A stretch of DNA of 64,000 nucleotides from Waterburya sp. (GTDB lineage Bacteria; Cyanobacteriota; Cyanobacteriia; Cyanobacteriales; Xenococcaceae): contig CBDCJV010000002.1 in NCBI GenBank assembly GCA_965217895.1, positions 2,848,001-2,912,000 on the forward strand. The letters run 5' to 3'. Shown here one piece after another: positions 21,292-31,874 of this stretch. The position numbers and the translations under genes are program-made. The notes below the pieces were generated by a model. The model did no database searches. It saw only the letters and a program-made list of their open reading frames with translations, and was not told the origin of the DNA. How positions within the stretch are numbered: the first letter of the stretch is position 1; each line of letters opens with the position of its first letter.

Positions 21292-21461
21292 CTTCTGACA
21301 TATTATCGCGATCGCTATATTGTTAGCTATAAGCTCGCTTGCCATTAGCTCTAAGCTTGGGTAAAATCCCCTCTTCTATTTCTTTGAGATGAAGAGTCTT
21401 CAATTAAAAGTAGTCCAAATCTACTTTTAATTGGCTTAAAGCTTAGAGCTTATAGCTCGGT

Positions 21462-22271
21462 TTAATTATTTATTCTCCTGACTATACTATCAAAATACCA
21501 GTTTAATATAGGGCTTAAAAGACTATGAAATCGATTCAAAATCGTTAACTCTGTTCCAGGCGCGATCGCAAATTTACCTTTCTCCACGCCTCGAACAATC
21601 TGTTTTGCTACCGCATCGGCTGTCAAAATTTTGGCTGTAGCGGTAATCTTTTTAGTTTCGACAGGTTTTATTTTATTTTCTGCCTCTAACTGAGGAGTAT
21701 CAGTATCAGGGGGATATACAATTGTGACTTTAATCCCCTTTGGCTTTAGTTCGCCCCTAAGAGATTCTGCTAATCCTCTTAGGGCAAACTTAGAAGGACA
21801 GTAAGCAGTATAGCCATAAATACCGATTAATCCTGCACCAGATGATATTAAGACCAAATTTCCCTTTTGCTGCTGTTCCATAGCTGATACAACGGCTCTA
21901 ATGGCGTATAGAGAACCAAAATAATTTACCGCCATAATCCGTTCAAAAACTCCCAAGGGAATTTCAGTGAAGTAACCAGGATGAGTTATTCCCGCCGAAG
22001 TAATCAGCATCTTTGGTATTCCTTGTTGAGCGATCGCATTTTCTATAGCGGTTTTAATAGCAGTCGAATTAGATACATCGGCTGGAAAAATAAGCACTTG
22101 CTGGGAAGTTACAGCTAAGGTGGCTATTTCTCGTTGAGCAGTGACTAGCTTTTGGCGATCGCGAGCAATTAGGGAAATATTTGCGCCCTGTTGAGCTAAC
22201 AACTTTGCCGTAGCTTTACCAATACCGCTAGAGCCACCCGTAATAATTACGTGTTGATTTAAGTATTTCAT
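21462..22271 (-). CDS. SDR oxidoreductase, 3-ketodihydrosphingosine-reductase-like
   Basis: TGGSSGIG, YCPSK (YxxxK), YPPDTDTP..E.EN..KP. Confidence 0.8.
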   Translation of the reverse strand: MKYLNQHVIITGGSSGIGKATAKLLAQQGANISLIARDRQKLVTAQREIATLAVTSQQVLIFPADVSNSTAIKTAIENAIAQQGIPKMLITSAGITHPGYFTEIPLGVFERIMAVNYFGSLYAIRAVVSAMEQQQKGNLVLISSGAGLIGIYGYTAYCPSKFALRGLAESLRGELKPKGIKVTIVYPPDTDTPQLEAENKIKPVETKKITATAKILTADAVAKQIVRGVEKGKFAIAPGTELTILNRFHSLLSPILNWYFDSIVRRINN

Positions 22272-22325
22272 GTAAACAAAGATTAAGATAGAAAAGCAAA
22301 CGCTATCTTTTAAAGTTGCTTATAT

Positions 22326-23195
22326 ATGTTAGCCAAGCGTTATTATTTTCCATTTAAGACCATAAAAAAATTGCTAGTTAACTTTACTATAATTGCGATC
22401 GCGTTATTTATCTCTTGTTATATTTATGGTTCAAAAATAGAGCCTAATTGGATTGAAGTAGTGCCAATTCAACTCACAATTCCTAACTTAAGTCCAGCTT
22501 TTAATGAGTTTAAAATTGTACAGATTAGCGATCTTCACAGCAATCGCTTTATGCCTGCAAAAAGATTAGATAGAATCATCAAACTAGTTAATCAACAAAA
22601 GCCAGACGCGATCGCCATTACAGGAGACTTTATCACTAAACATAATGATTTTAACAGTCAGGAACTAGAGGAAAAATTAAGTAAATTAGTATCTCAGATA
22701 AGCACTTTATCAGTTTTGGGCAATCACGACCACAAGGGAAGTGCAACCGACATTCTAAAACAAGCTTTGACAAACAGTAATGTAACCAACCTAGACAATC
22801 AGGTCTATGTGATTGAGCGAGGTACAGAAAAACTAATTTTTGCTGGAGTTGACGATCCTTACTGGGGCAAACCAGATTTAGATCGAGTTATCAAGCTTGT
22901 ACCCAATAATAGTGCTGCCATACTATTGGTTCACGAACCAGACTACATCGCCAAAAGTGCAGCAACTCATAAATTTGCTCTCCAGTTATCGGGACATTCT
23001 CATGGAGGACAAATTAGAATTCCTTTTCTCAATCCTTTGATACTACCTTATGGTGGGAGAAAATATTTTGCTGGTTTGAATCAGGTTGAAGATACTCTAG
23101 AGTATACTAATCGCGGTCTGGGCATGACGGGTTTACCGCTGCGTATTAATAGTCGTCCAGAAATTACTGTTTTTACTCTTCATAGCCAAACCTAA
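22326..23195 (+). CDS. Metallophosphoesterase (YkuE/YaeI-like)
   Basis: SDLH, TGDF, GNHDH, SGHSHGGQ; N-terminal TM. Confidence 0.9.
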   Translation: MLAKRYYFPFKTIKKLLVNFTIIAIALFISCYIYGSKIEPNWIEVVPIQLTIPNLSPAFNEFKIVQISDLHSNRFMPAKRLDRIIKLVNQQKPDAIAITGDFITKHNDFNSQELEEKLSKLVSQISTLSVLGNHDHKGSATDILKQALTNSNVTNLDNQVYVIERGTEKLIFAGVDDPYWGKPDLDRVIKLVPNNSAAILLVHEPDYIAKSAATHKFALQLSGHSHGGQIRIPFLNPLILPYGGRKYFAGLNQVEDTLEYTNRGLGMTGLPLRINSRPEITVFTLHSQT

Positions 23196-23228
23196 ATTGT
23201 CTATTGTTTAATGCTCAATGCTCAATGC

Positions 23229-25049
23229 TCATTGTTCCAACCCTGTAGCAATTTGAATTACCTGCATCAAATCTTCAATACTGCGGCATTGGGCAGAAAC
23301 CAAACAAGGATAAACGTTTAATCCTTCAATTTGGTTGGCAGCTTCGGTGGTTCTAGTGTCTAAAGTTACTATGGGTAGGCTAGCCAAATATTCAGAGGCT
23401 TGAAGCGATCGCCAATATTGAAGAGGATCGGCAATTTGATGTCCATCTAGCACAATCACATCTAACTTCCAAATACGGGCTAAGGTGTGTGCTTGCTCTA
23501 AACCATCGGCTTCAATAATACGATGTTGATAATAATGCTTTTTACTGATGTTCGTCCAATCTTGTTCCGCCCAGTTTTTCAGATTAAAATTCAAACCACT
23601 ATAGTTATCGATCATCGGATCGACCATTTCTGGTTCAGGATAAAGGCAAAGTACAGTCAAATTTTTCTTGACTTTGCCTTGAGTATCAAAAGCTAAATCT
23701 ATGTCTGAAGAATGATTGCTAATCTCAGTTTTGGCTTGAGGTAGCAGTAAAGTAAGCTGACAGCCATCTGCTGAATAGTCACTTTGTATTTTTAGCTGAG
23801 CAATCCGTGCCAAATATTGGGCAATAACTAAATTTAGACCAGAACTTTGCTGAGGAGAACCAGAATTTTCAGGGGATGATGCCAACTCAAAATCACTCAT
23901 TAGACCATTACTAACTATGATTGCCGTGCATTCCTGCCAATTTTTGACCTCAATGGTCAAGTCACTATGGGTTAGTTCACAAAACTGGAGAGTTTCCAAA
24001 ATCAGATGAGAAAGTATAGTTGATAAATGTATCTTGTCGGCGATCGCCTTTTCTGCCTCAGGCTGTATATCTAATTTTAATTGTGCCTCTGGAAAAAAAT
24101 TAGATTCTGCTGCGCTGGCTGATTTATATTTGCTCATCGCCTGTTCAAAAAGCCGACGACAAAGAAGCCTCAGATCGATTGCTTCTAAATGGGGCTGAAA
24201 CTTCTCAACAGTTAAACTGGTTAATTCTAGTAAGTCATTGACAATACTCATCAGCTTTTGTCCACCATGATAAATTAACTGTGCGTAACGCAGTTGACGC
24301 TGATTAAGTTTTCCTAGTTGCTGATCTTTAAACAGGCTAGATAAACCAACAATGCCAGTTAAAGGTGATTTTAGTTCATGGCTAACTGTTCCCAGCAGTT
24401 TCTCTACTAATGTCAATGTCTCAGTAGTTGCTGATGCACCATCTGCTAGCTGTATGGCAACTGAATCGACAATGGATGCCTTAGTTGCCAAGCTAAGCCA
24501 ACACTCAGAAGTATTGTCCAAAAATTTATCAGTATGATGAGAATCTGCAATCTTTGCCTGGGGTAAAATCTGGGGCGTATTAGCGATAGTTCTCTCAAAG
24601 TTTGATGCTAAATATTTGAGTATTTGTGAAGTTTCTAGCCTTCCCTGTAGCTTACCCAACTCATCAATTATTAAATATTGGCGATCGCTCAATGAAACAT
24701 TTTCTAAATTATTTAAAAACTCTTGCAGTTTAATCTTGCCTTGATAAGCGATCGCTGGCTTGATTAAATAATCAAAATTTTTGTATTTTAGATCAGAAAT
24801 ATTTTCTTGATGAGCTTGACTCCTCGGATGACTAATCATGACTACAGAATCTCTCTGCCATAGTTGAGCCATCAACGATAGCAAATCTTGAGAGCTAATT
24901 GTTCCCCAGGCATTGTTTTCTAAAGGAACTGCAATTATTTGGCAATTACCATGCTTAAAAATATTTAAGATACTCCCCAAATCTGCTTCTGGTTGACAGA
25001 TGGGAATTGAATAGGCAAAATCGTTCAGAGTAAGAGCGTGACTAAACAT
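23229..25049 (-). CDS. Hybrid histidine-kinase-like protein (CBS-like, HisKA, degenerate HATPase, receiver-like)
   Basis: SHELKSPLTGIVGLS H-box; C-terminal IIEADGLEQA..LARIWKLDVIVLD. Confidence 0.8.
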   Translation of the reverse strand: MFSHALTLNDFAYSIPICQPEADLGSILNIFKHGNCQIIAVPLENNAWGTISSQDLLSLMAQLWQRDSVVMISHPRSQAHQENISDLKYKNFDYLIKPAIAYQGKIKLQEFLNNLENVSLSDRQYLIIDELGKLQGRLETSQILKYLASNFERTIANTPQILPQAKIADSHHTDKFLDNTSECWLSLATKASIVDSVAIQLADGASATTETLTLVEKLLGTVSHELKSPLTGIVGLSSLFKDQQLGKLNQRQLRYAQLIYHGGQKLMSIVNDLLELTSLTVEKFQPHLEAIDLRLLCRRLFEQAMSKYKSASAAESNFFPEAQLKLDIQPEAEKAIADKIHLSTILSHLILETLQFCELTHSDLTIEVKNWQECTAIIVSNGLMSDFELASSPENSGSPQQSSGLNLVIAQYLARIAQLKIQSDYSADGCQLTLLLPQAKTEISNHSSDIDLAFDTQGKVKKNLTVLCLYPEPEMVDPMIDNYSGLNFNLKNWAEQDWTNISKKHYYQHRIIEADGLEQAHTLARIWKLDVIVLDGHQIADPLQYWRSLQASEYLASLPIVTLDTRTTEAANQIEGLNVYPCLVSAQCRSIEDLMQVIQIATGLEQ

Positions 25050-25552
25050 AAATTCTCGTTTTTTTGTCTTCCCGAAGAAAAGTTAACCAACGGTCACAGC
25101 AGACTAGATTCTACCGTTTTCTAGCAAAGTAATTTTAGACTTATCAGCAACTATTGATTCGATCAACCTTCAAAGATTACTCCGCCTTTGCAAGGCAAGG
25201 AACGGTTGACATTATGCTCAATTAAAAAGGGATTTTATCTCACAATCTAGCCAGTCTAATTTAGCAAGATGCTATCTCTATATCTCTATATATATTATTA
25301 CCTTTAGTGAGTCAGTTCATTATTGCTTTAGATTATGTTTTATTACAATTCGCAAAGTCGAACAATAAATGTTAAATTTTTATAAATATTAGATATTAAT
25401 TGACGTTAAAACATCGTCAGTTCATGGTGGTTGCGTTCTCTGAATATCACATAGGCTTCTATAGGCTGCTCTAGCTGTCTTGATAGCAATGCCTTGTTTT
25501 ATTTCAGATTCAGATGTAATTCTGGCAACCATAACGTAGAATTTACTCAACA

Positions 25553-26524
25553 ATGTCAGATTATCAAGACAAATTTTGTTCAACCGAAAACTCGATTAGG
25601 AGCAAACTGCATATTTGTTTGTTTTATACCCAACAAAAATTGGCTAAATTAGTTATTGAGCAATTGAATAGCGATCGCTTTAAAGTTAAAGATCTTAGTT
25701 CAAGTAGTAATCTAGTTGATTTTTTGACTGACAATCAAGAGCAGATTGACTGCATTGTTTTAGTCAAAGATAGTCAATCAAATTTAGCCTTAGAGCAGTT
25801 ATGGCAATCAAGAATTTTACTGCCGATGGTAATAGTCGAGACTGAACAGCCTGTTAGTCCTAATCTTGAATTAGCAGATGATTGCAACCAGTTTTTTGAC
25901 GATATTACCCAAACCTGCATTATTTATCATCAAGCAGAGATACATTTGTACCCAACTCAGCTAGCAGAAATCAATACTTATATTAATCTAGCTATTACTA
26001 AATTTTTGAGCCTCGCTCCTAGTCCCGATCTTAATATTCACAAAACTATAAATGAACCAGAAACAGAAAAAGCGTCCTCGCTTAAATTACAACAGCGTCG
26101 GCTAACGGAAAAAATTCAAGCAAGACTGGGGGGATATTTGGGGATTTATTACAAACGCCAATCCAGCCTTTTTTACCGTAATTTATCTAAAAAAGAGCAA
26201 GAAGAATTAAACCAAAAATTAAGCCAAAACTACTGTCAAATTCTGCTGGAATACTTTAATGAAAACTCAGAAATAAATAAGCTAATTGATGAGTTTGTCG
26301 ATCGAGCTTTTTTTGCTGATATTTCTACTTCGCAAATTCTTGAAATACACATGAAACTGATTGATGAGTTCTCTTATCAGTTACAGATAGAAGGCAGAAA
26401 TGATGACATTTTGCTTGACTATCGTTTGCCACTAATTGATATTACCGCTCACTTGTGCGAAATGTATCGTCGCTCTATTCCTGGAGAAGACTTCTCCTTA
26501 GAATTATTGTTTACAGTAGAATAA
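25553..26524 (+). CDS. kaiA: Circadian clock protein KaiA (long form)
   Basis: QIDCIVL, YHQAE, YLGIYYKR, LLDYRL.LID..AHLCEMYRRSIP. Confidence 0.95.
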   Translation: MSDYQDKFCSTENSIRSKLHICLFYTQQKLAKLVIEQLNSDRFKVKDLSSSSNLVDFLTDNQEQIDCIVLVKDSQSNLALEQLWQSRILLPMVIVETEQPVSPNLELADDCNQFFDDITQTCIIYHQAEIHLYPTQLAEINTYINLAITKFLSLAPSPDLNIHKTINEPETEKASSLKLQQRRLTEKIQARLGGYLGIYYKRQSSLFYRNLSKKEQEELNQKLSQNYCQILLEYFNENSEINKLIDEFVDRAFFADISTSQILEIHMKLIDEFSYQLQIEGRNDDILLDYRLPLIDITAHLCEMYRRSIPGEDFSLELLFTVE

Positions 26525-26817
26525 ACGGTAAATTGCTATGCTGCCAAAGATTAATTGATACTAGAAATAAAACCTGCTTCAAGCTCAAATTCAAGACAAC
26601 AATGTAAAACTATTAAGCAAAATTTTGTAGTCATAGCATTACGTATAAAGGTGTTTGATATTTTGTTAAATTAATACTTTCTACTTTTTACTTACGAACC
26701 AACACTCACGCGCTCTTTTACTGCTTGCAAAGCAGCAGGGTCGTTCGCCTTTTTGTGTCCTAACCTAATTTCGTACGACTATATCGCCTCATCTCAACGC
26801 ATAAATTATTCAACATT

Positions 26818-27126
26818 ATGGATCAATTTAGAAAAACCTATGTACTCAAGCTATACGTAGCGGGAAACACACCAAACTCAGTTAGAGCTTTGAAGACTTT
26901 AAAGAACATTTTAGAGAAAGATTTTCAAGGAGTTTATGCTCTTAAAGTGATTGATGTCTTAAAGAGTCCTCAGTTAGCTGAAGAAGACAAAATCTTGGCA
27001 ACTCCAACCCTATCTAAGGTTTTACCGCCTCCTGTTCGTAAAATAATTGGCGATTTGAGCGATCGCGAAAAGGTTCTGATTGGCTTAGATTTGCTCTATG
27101 AAGAAATCCGTGAGCGAGAAATGTAA
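26818..27126 (+). CDS. kaiB: Circadian clock protein KaiB
   Basis: [29 protein letters not shown]. Confidence 0.98.
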   Translation: MDQFRKTYVLKLYVAGNTPNSVRALKTLKNILEKDFQGVYALKVIDVLKSPQLAEEDKILATPTLSKVLPPPVRKIIGDLSDREKVLIGLDLLYEEIREREM

Positions 27127-27229
27127 CGTTATACTCATCGCATTGGATGTAAGATATTATACTGCCGTGACTAAAGTTAAACGGCAGTTGCTTTAAATAA
27201 GCAAATAAGAACCATCATTCTTAGCTTAG

Positions 27230-28810
27230 ATGAACGAACCAAATCCTAATCAACCAACAACAGAACTATCTACCAAAGGAGTTCGCAAAATCCGCACCAT
27301 GATTGAAGGATTTGACGAAATCACCCATGGCGGTTTGCCCGCCAGTAGAACAACTTTAGTTAGTGGAACATCTGGTACAGGTAAAACCCTCTTGGCCATT
27401 CAGTTTCTTTATCTAGGAATTGAATTTTTTGATTGTCCTGGTGTTTTTGTTACCTTTGAAGAATCCCCAAAAGATATTATTGAAAATGCCTATAGTTTTG
27501 GCTGGGATTTACAAAGCTTAATTGATCGAGGCAAATTATTTATCTTAGATGCTTCCCCCGATCCTGAAGGGCAGGAAGTGGTAGGAAATTTTGACCTATC
27601 GGCATTGATCGAACGTATTCAGTATGCAATACGTAAATATAAGGCGCAGCTAGTCTCAATTGACTCGGTTACAGCAGTATTTCAACAGTACGATGCAGCT
27701 TCAGTAGTAAGGCGAGAAATTTTTCGTTTAGTAGCCCGTCTCAAGCAGCTAGAAGTCACTTCTATTCTAACTACTGAAAGAGTTAAAGAATATGGCTCTG
27801 TTGCCCGTTTTGGAGTCGAAGAATTTGTTTCGGACAATGTAATTATTATCCGCAATGTCTTAGAAGGAGAACGTCGGCGACGTACCATTGAAATCCTCAA
27901 GCTGCGAGGTACTACCCACATGAAGGGAGAATATCCTTTTACGATTACCAATGACGGGATCAATATCTTTCCCCTTGGGGCTATGCGTCTTACTCAACGT
28001 TCTTCAAACGTACGACGTTCTTCAGGAGTTAAAACCCTCGATAAACTGTGTGGCGGTGGCTTTTTTAAAGATTCGATTATTTTGGCTACGGGAGCAACAG
28101 GGACAGGCAAAACCCTATTAGTTAGCAAGTTTTTAGAAGAGGGGTGTCGTCAAGGAGAGAGAGCCGTATTATTTGCCTATGAAGAATCTAGGGCGCAGCT
28201 ATCTCGTAACGCCTCCTCTTGGGGAGTAGATTTTGAAGAGATGGAGCGTAAAGGCTTACTTAAATTACTTTGTTGTTATCCAGAATCAGCAGGTTTAGAA
28301 GATCATCTACAGATGATCAAGTCAGAGATAACTGATTTCAAGCCTGCTCGAATTGCGATCGATTCCCTTTCGGCGTTAGCTAGGGGAGTCAGTAATAATG
28401 CCTTCCGTCAGTTTGTCATTGGTGTTACTGGTTATGCCAAACAAGAAGAGATTACAGGCTTTTTTACCAACACTACCGATCAGTTTTTGGGAGCTAATTC
28501 AATTACCGAGTCCCATATTTCTACTATTACCGACACGATTATTCTTTTACAATATGTAGAAATTCGCGGTGAGATGTCAAGAGCCATGAATGTCTTTAAA
28601 ATGCGCGGTTCATGGCATGATAAAGGTATTAGAGAATATATAATTAGCTCTGATGCGCCAGAAATTCCCTTTATTAAAGAATCTTTTCGTAACTACGAAG
28701 GCATTATTAGTGGTTCACCCTCTCGTGTATCTCTAAATGAAAAAAGTGAGCTATCTAGAATTGCTAGAAACGTTAAGGATATGAGCATTGACTCCAAAGA
28801 CGAAGGATAA
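27230..28810 (+). CDS. kaiC: Circadian clock protein KaiC
   Basis: Two Walker A motifs, FEE/YEE, SHISTITD phosphosites (S431/T432 equivalents). Confidence 0.98.
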   Translation: MNEPNPNQPTTELSTKGVRKIRTMIEGFDEITHGGLPASRTTLVSGTSGTGKTLLAIQFLYLGIEFFDCPGVFVTFEESPKDIIENAYSFGWDLQSLIDRGKLFILDASPDPEGQEVVGNFDLSALIERIQYAIRKYKAQLVSIDSVTAVFQQYDAASVVRREIFRLVARLKQLEVTSILTTERVKEYGSVARFGVEEFVSDNVIIIRNVLEGERRRRTIEILKLRGTTHMKGEYPFTITNDGINIFPLGAMRLTQRSSNVRRSSGVKTLDKLCGGGFFKDSIILATGATGTGKTLLVSKFLEEGCRQGERAVLFAYEESRAQLSRNASSWGVDFEEMERKGLLKLLCCYPESAGLEDHLQMIKSEITDFKPARIAIDSLSALARGVSNNAFRQFVIGVTGYAKQEEITGFFTNTTDQFLGANSITESHISTITDTIILLQYVEIRGEMSRAMNVFKMRGSWHDKGIREYIISSDAPEIPFIKESFRNYEGIISGSPSRVSLNEKSELSRIARNVKDMSIDSKDEG

Positions 28811-28923
28811 GCTATGGAGTATGATCTTCCGTAAAAATCATAATTGATAATTATCAAAAATTACACGATATTGTTTGTATTTGTAGATAACAATCAGAGT
28901 AAGTAATTAATGCTTTTACCTTC

Positions 28924-29027
28924 AATACCAAATAAAAAAAACGCAACAGATCGCTCGTAGGATGAGCATTGCCCACCCTACCCTCAGATTATTTTTATGT
29001 GTCGCCAAGATTTATTGATTTGGTATT
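28924..29027. repeat. MITE-like element with AATACCAAAT terminal IR enclosing a GTAG-type REP
   Basis: AATACCAAAT 28924-33 / ATTTGGTATT 29018-27; GTAGGATGAGCATTGCCCACCCTAC 28957-81. Confidence 0.6.
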
Positions 29028-29198
29028 ACACCTTTAACTACCAATAAACTGTTTAACTCAACTGATTTTAAAAATTTTAGGATATGCTGGTGAGGAAATA
29101 GCTGGGAACTAATTGTTTTAAACCAAGAAGTTAGCTATTGAGCGAATCCGCTCTCTCAAAAAACATATTTGTCAGACAGAGCCTTGTAGGTATTTTGA

Positions 29199-30773
29199 AT
29201 GAGCTATTGCCTAAATCCATCCTGTCCAAAACCAGTTAATCATCCCAAATCCAAACTCTGTGCAGCGTGCGGAGCAAAATTGCTGCTACATGGTCGCTAT
29301 CACTTAGTTAAAGGTCTAGGTAAAGGAGGTTTTGGCGCAACTTTTCTAGCTGCCGATCTCTCCCTTCCAGGAAAACCATTATGTGTAATTAAGCAACTAC
29401 GTCCTAATACAGACAATCCTAACTTCTTGTCCATGGCAAGAGAATTATTTGAAAGAGAAGCCAGAACATTAGGCAGAATTGGTAATCACCCTAAAATACC
29501 TAGACTGCTAGATTATTTTGAGGATCGCAATCAATTTTATTTAATTCAAGAGTTTGTTAAGGGCAACAATCTTCAGCAGGAAGTCAAAAAAATTGGCGTT
29601 TTGAATGAGGCAAAGGCAAGACAGGTACTCAAAGAAGTTTTGGTGATCCTGCGGGATATTCACGTTCAAAAAGTTATTCACCGAGATATCAAACCTGCTA
29701 ATATTATTCGTCGCGAAATAGACGATCAGTTAGTTTTAATTGACTTTGGGGTAGTTAAAAATCAAGTTAATAGTCTTGGTGCAGCAGGTTCTAATCAAAC
29801 GGCATTTACTGCTTTTGCAGTCGGCACTCCTGGCTTTGCTCCTCCTGAACAGTTAGCCATGCGTCCTGTCTATGCCAGCGATGTCTATGCCCTTGGTGTT
29901 ACCTGTATGTATTTGATGACGGGAAAAGCACCCAAAAATATGGATTGCGATCCTATTACTGGAGATATTGATTGGTTTAAGTATGTTAATGTCAGCGATA
30001 GTTTTGCGGAAATTTTGACCAAGATGCTAGAGGTAGCGGTGAAAAGCCGTTATAAGAGTGCCGAAGAAGTATTACAGGTGCTAGATATTGAAAATCATGT
30101 AGATAGCCTGTCTGACAGTATGCTTAGTTTTCCTACTGCTAATGAGCCTCCTAGTACTCCTGTTGCTAATCGGTCGAGAATGGGCTACTCTCGAGGGGAT
30201 ACATCTAGTTCTAGAGGTGACAGCAGAATGTCCCGCCAGACAGGCAGAACAACTTCTACCTCCAGATATTCGAGAAATGCTGCTCAAACTAGTCCTAGTC
30301 ATGCTTCTCTTAGTCAAGCTGCAAAAAATCCTCCTAAGCCTGCAAAAATCTCGGCCGAAGAGGTTTTGAAAGCCTATAGTTCTGGTAGAAAAGACTTTGG
30401 CTTAAAAGATATGACCATGCAAGATCTACAAAAAGCCGATTTATCCGAATCTAAGTTTCATGATTCTAAATTAATCAGAGTTAACCTCCAGGGAGCAGAT
30501 TTAAATAAAACCAGCTTTACAAGTTGTGATATGCGTCAGGCTATGCTGCGTAATGCTGACCTAACTCGCGCTCTGTTTAATGCTGCTAATTTAGAAGATG
30601 TAGATCTTCGTGGTGCAAATTTAAGCTACGTCAATTTTAAAGATACTAAGCTTAAAGGAGCAAATCTCTGTGGTGCTAACCTAAGTAATACTAATCTAAC
30701 TAAAGAACAGCTAGAAGAAGTTAAAACAAACTGGATGACTATTATGCCTTCAGGAAAACGAGGATTCTGGTAA
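29199..30773 (+). CDS. Ser/Thr protein kinase with C-terminal pentapeptide repeats (SpkB-like)
   Basis: YCLNPSC, LGKGGFG, HRDIKPAN, DFG, pentapeptide tail. Confidence 0.92.
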   Translation: MSYCLNPSCPKPVNHPKSKLCAACGAKLLLHGRYHLVKGLGKGGFGATFLAADLSLPGKPLCVIKQLRPNTDNPNFLSMARELFEREARTLGRIGNHPKIPRLLDYFEDRNQFYLIQEFVKGNNLQQEVKKIGVLNEAKARQVLKEVLVILRDIHVQKVIHRDIKPANIIRREIDDQLVLIDFGVVKNQVNSLGAAGSNQTAFTAFAVGTPGFAPPEQLAMRPVYASDVYALGVTCMYLMTGKAPKNMDCDPITGDIDWFKYVNVSDSFAEILTKMLEVAVKSRYKSAEEVLQVLDIENHVDSLSDSMLSFPTANEPPSTPVANRSRMGYSRGDTSSSRGDSRMSRQTGRTTSTSRYSRNAAQTSPSHASLSQAAKNPPKPAKISAEEVLKAYSSGRKDFGLKDMTMQDLQKADLSESKFHDSKLIRVNLQGADLNKTSFTSCDMRQAMLRNADLTRALFNAANLEDVDLRGANLSYVNFKDTKLKGANLCGANLSNTNLTKEQLEEVKTNWMTIMPSGKRGFW

Positions 30774-30811
30774 AATGTTTAAAAATCATATCCTGATTCA
30801 CCAATGCCAGC

Positions 30812-31384
30812 TTACTCAGTATTTTCAGAAAAGATCGCTTTTTCCAACTTAGCGATCGCCTTTTCTAAATCATCATTGACAATTTGAACTTCAAATTCAT
30901 CTTTGGCTGCCATTTCTTCTCTAGCAATCTTTAACCGTTGGGCGATCGACTCTTCTGAGTTTTTGCCCCTAGTTCTAATTCTCTGTTCTAGTTCCTCAAT
31001 AGAAGGAGGCATAATAAAAATACGGCGAGCATCAGGAAACATATTGGCGATCGCTCTAGCTCCTCGCAACTCTATTTCTAAAATGATGTAGTTTCCCTGC
31101 TCGATTTGTTCTAATATCTGGGCTTTGGGCGTGCCATAATAATTTCCTGCGTATTCTGCCCATTCTAAAAGTTCATGATTGAGAATTGCCGTTTCAAAGT
31201 CTTTTTGACTCAGAAAATAATAATTTACGCCTTCAGTTTCTCCTGGACGAGGTTGTCTAGTAGTAGCAGAAACAGACACCCGTAGTTGAGGATGGCGTTG
31301 CAATAGTAAACTGACAATCGTACCCTTTCCTACACCACTTGGTCCTGTGATCGCGATGAGTTTACCTGGCTGTTCTGCTGACAT
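30812..31384 (-). CDS. gmk: Guanylate kinase
   Basis: GPSGVGKGT, TTRQPRPGE, YYGTP. Confidence 0.96.
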   Translation of the reverse strand: MSAEQPGKLIAITGPSGVGKGTIVSLLLQRHPQLRVSVSATTRQPRPGETEGVNYYFLSQKDFETAILNHELLEWAEYAGNYYGTPKAQILEQIEQGNYIILEIELRGARAIANMFPDARRIFIMPPSIEELEQRIRTRGKNSEESIAQRLKIAREEMAAKDEFEVQIVNDDLEKAIAKLEKAIFSENTE

Positions 31385-31411
31385 TGATGATAATCTAATC
31401 TAGTTGGAATT

Positions 31412-31660
31412 TTATTCTTTATTAACTACAAATCGATGAGCCACAGTCTCAGGCTGTATTGCGGACAATACTACATGAGATGAATCTGTAATAATGACAG
31501 CGCGAGTACGGCGACCATAAGTTGCATCTATTAATAAGCTTTTCTCTCTAGCTTCGGTAATAATCCTTTTGATAGGTGCGGACTCTGGGCTAACAATAGC
31601 AATAATGCGATTAGCGGAAACTATATTACCAAAACCAATATTAATTAATTGAATATCCAT
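31412..31660 (-). CDS. remA: RemA/DUF370 family regulator
   Basis: [29 protein letters not shown]; start at ATG 31660. Confidence 0.9.
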   Translation of the reverse strand: MDIQLINIGFGNIVSANRIIAIVSPESAPIKRIITEAREKSLLIDATYGRRTRAVIITDSSHVVLSAIQPETVAHRFVVNKE

Positions 31661-31874
31661 AATTATTTGTGAATTGCGATTTTTAGGGTGATTTATCGCC
31701 AAGTTTAGAAAATATAGTTTTAATACTATAGTTAAAAACCTTGATTTACAAGCAAAATGGCATATAGACGACGTTATTTAAGGAAACTTTAGCTTTTAGC
31801 ACCAATCTAAACACTTTGTAGCCATAATTACAGTAATTTAATTATTTATTTAAACTTTTATTATATTTACTATT

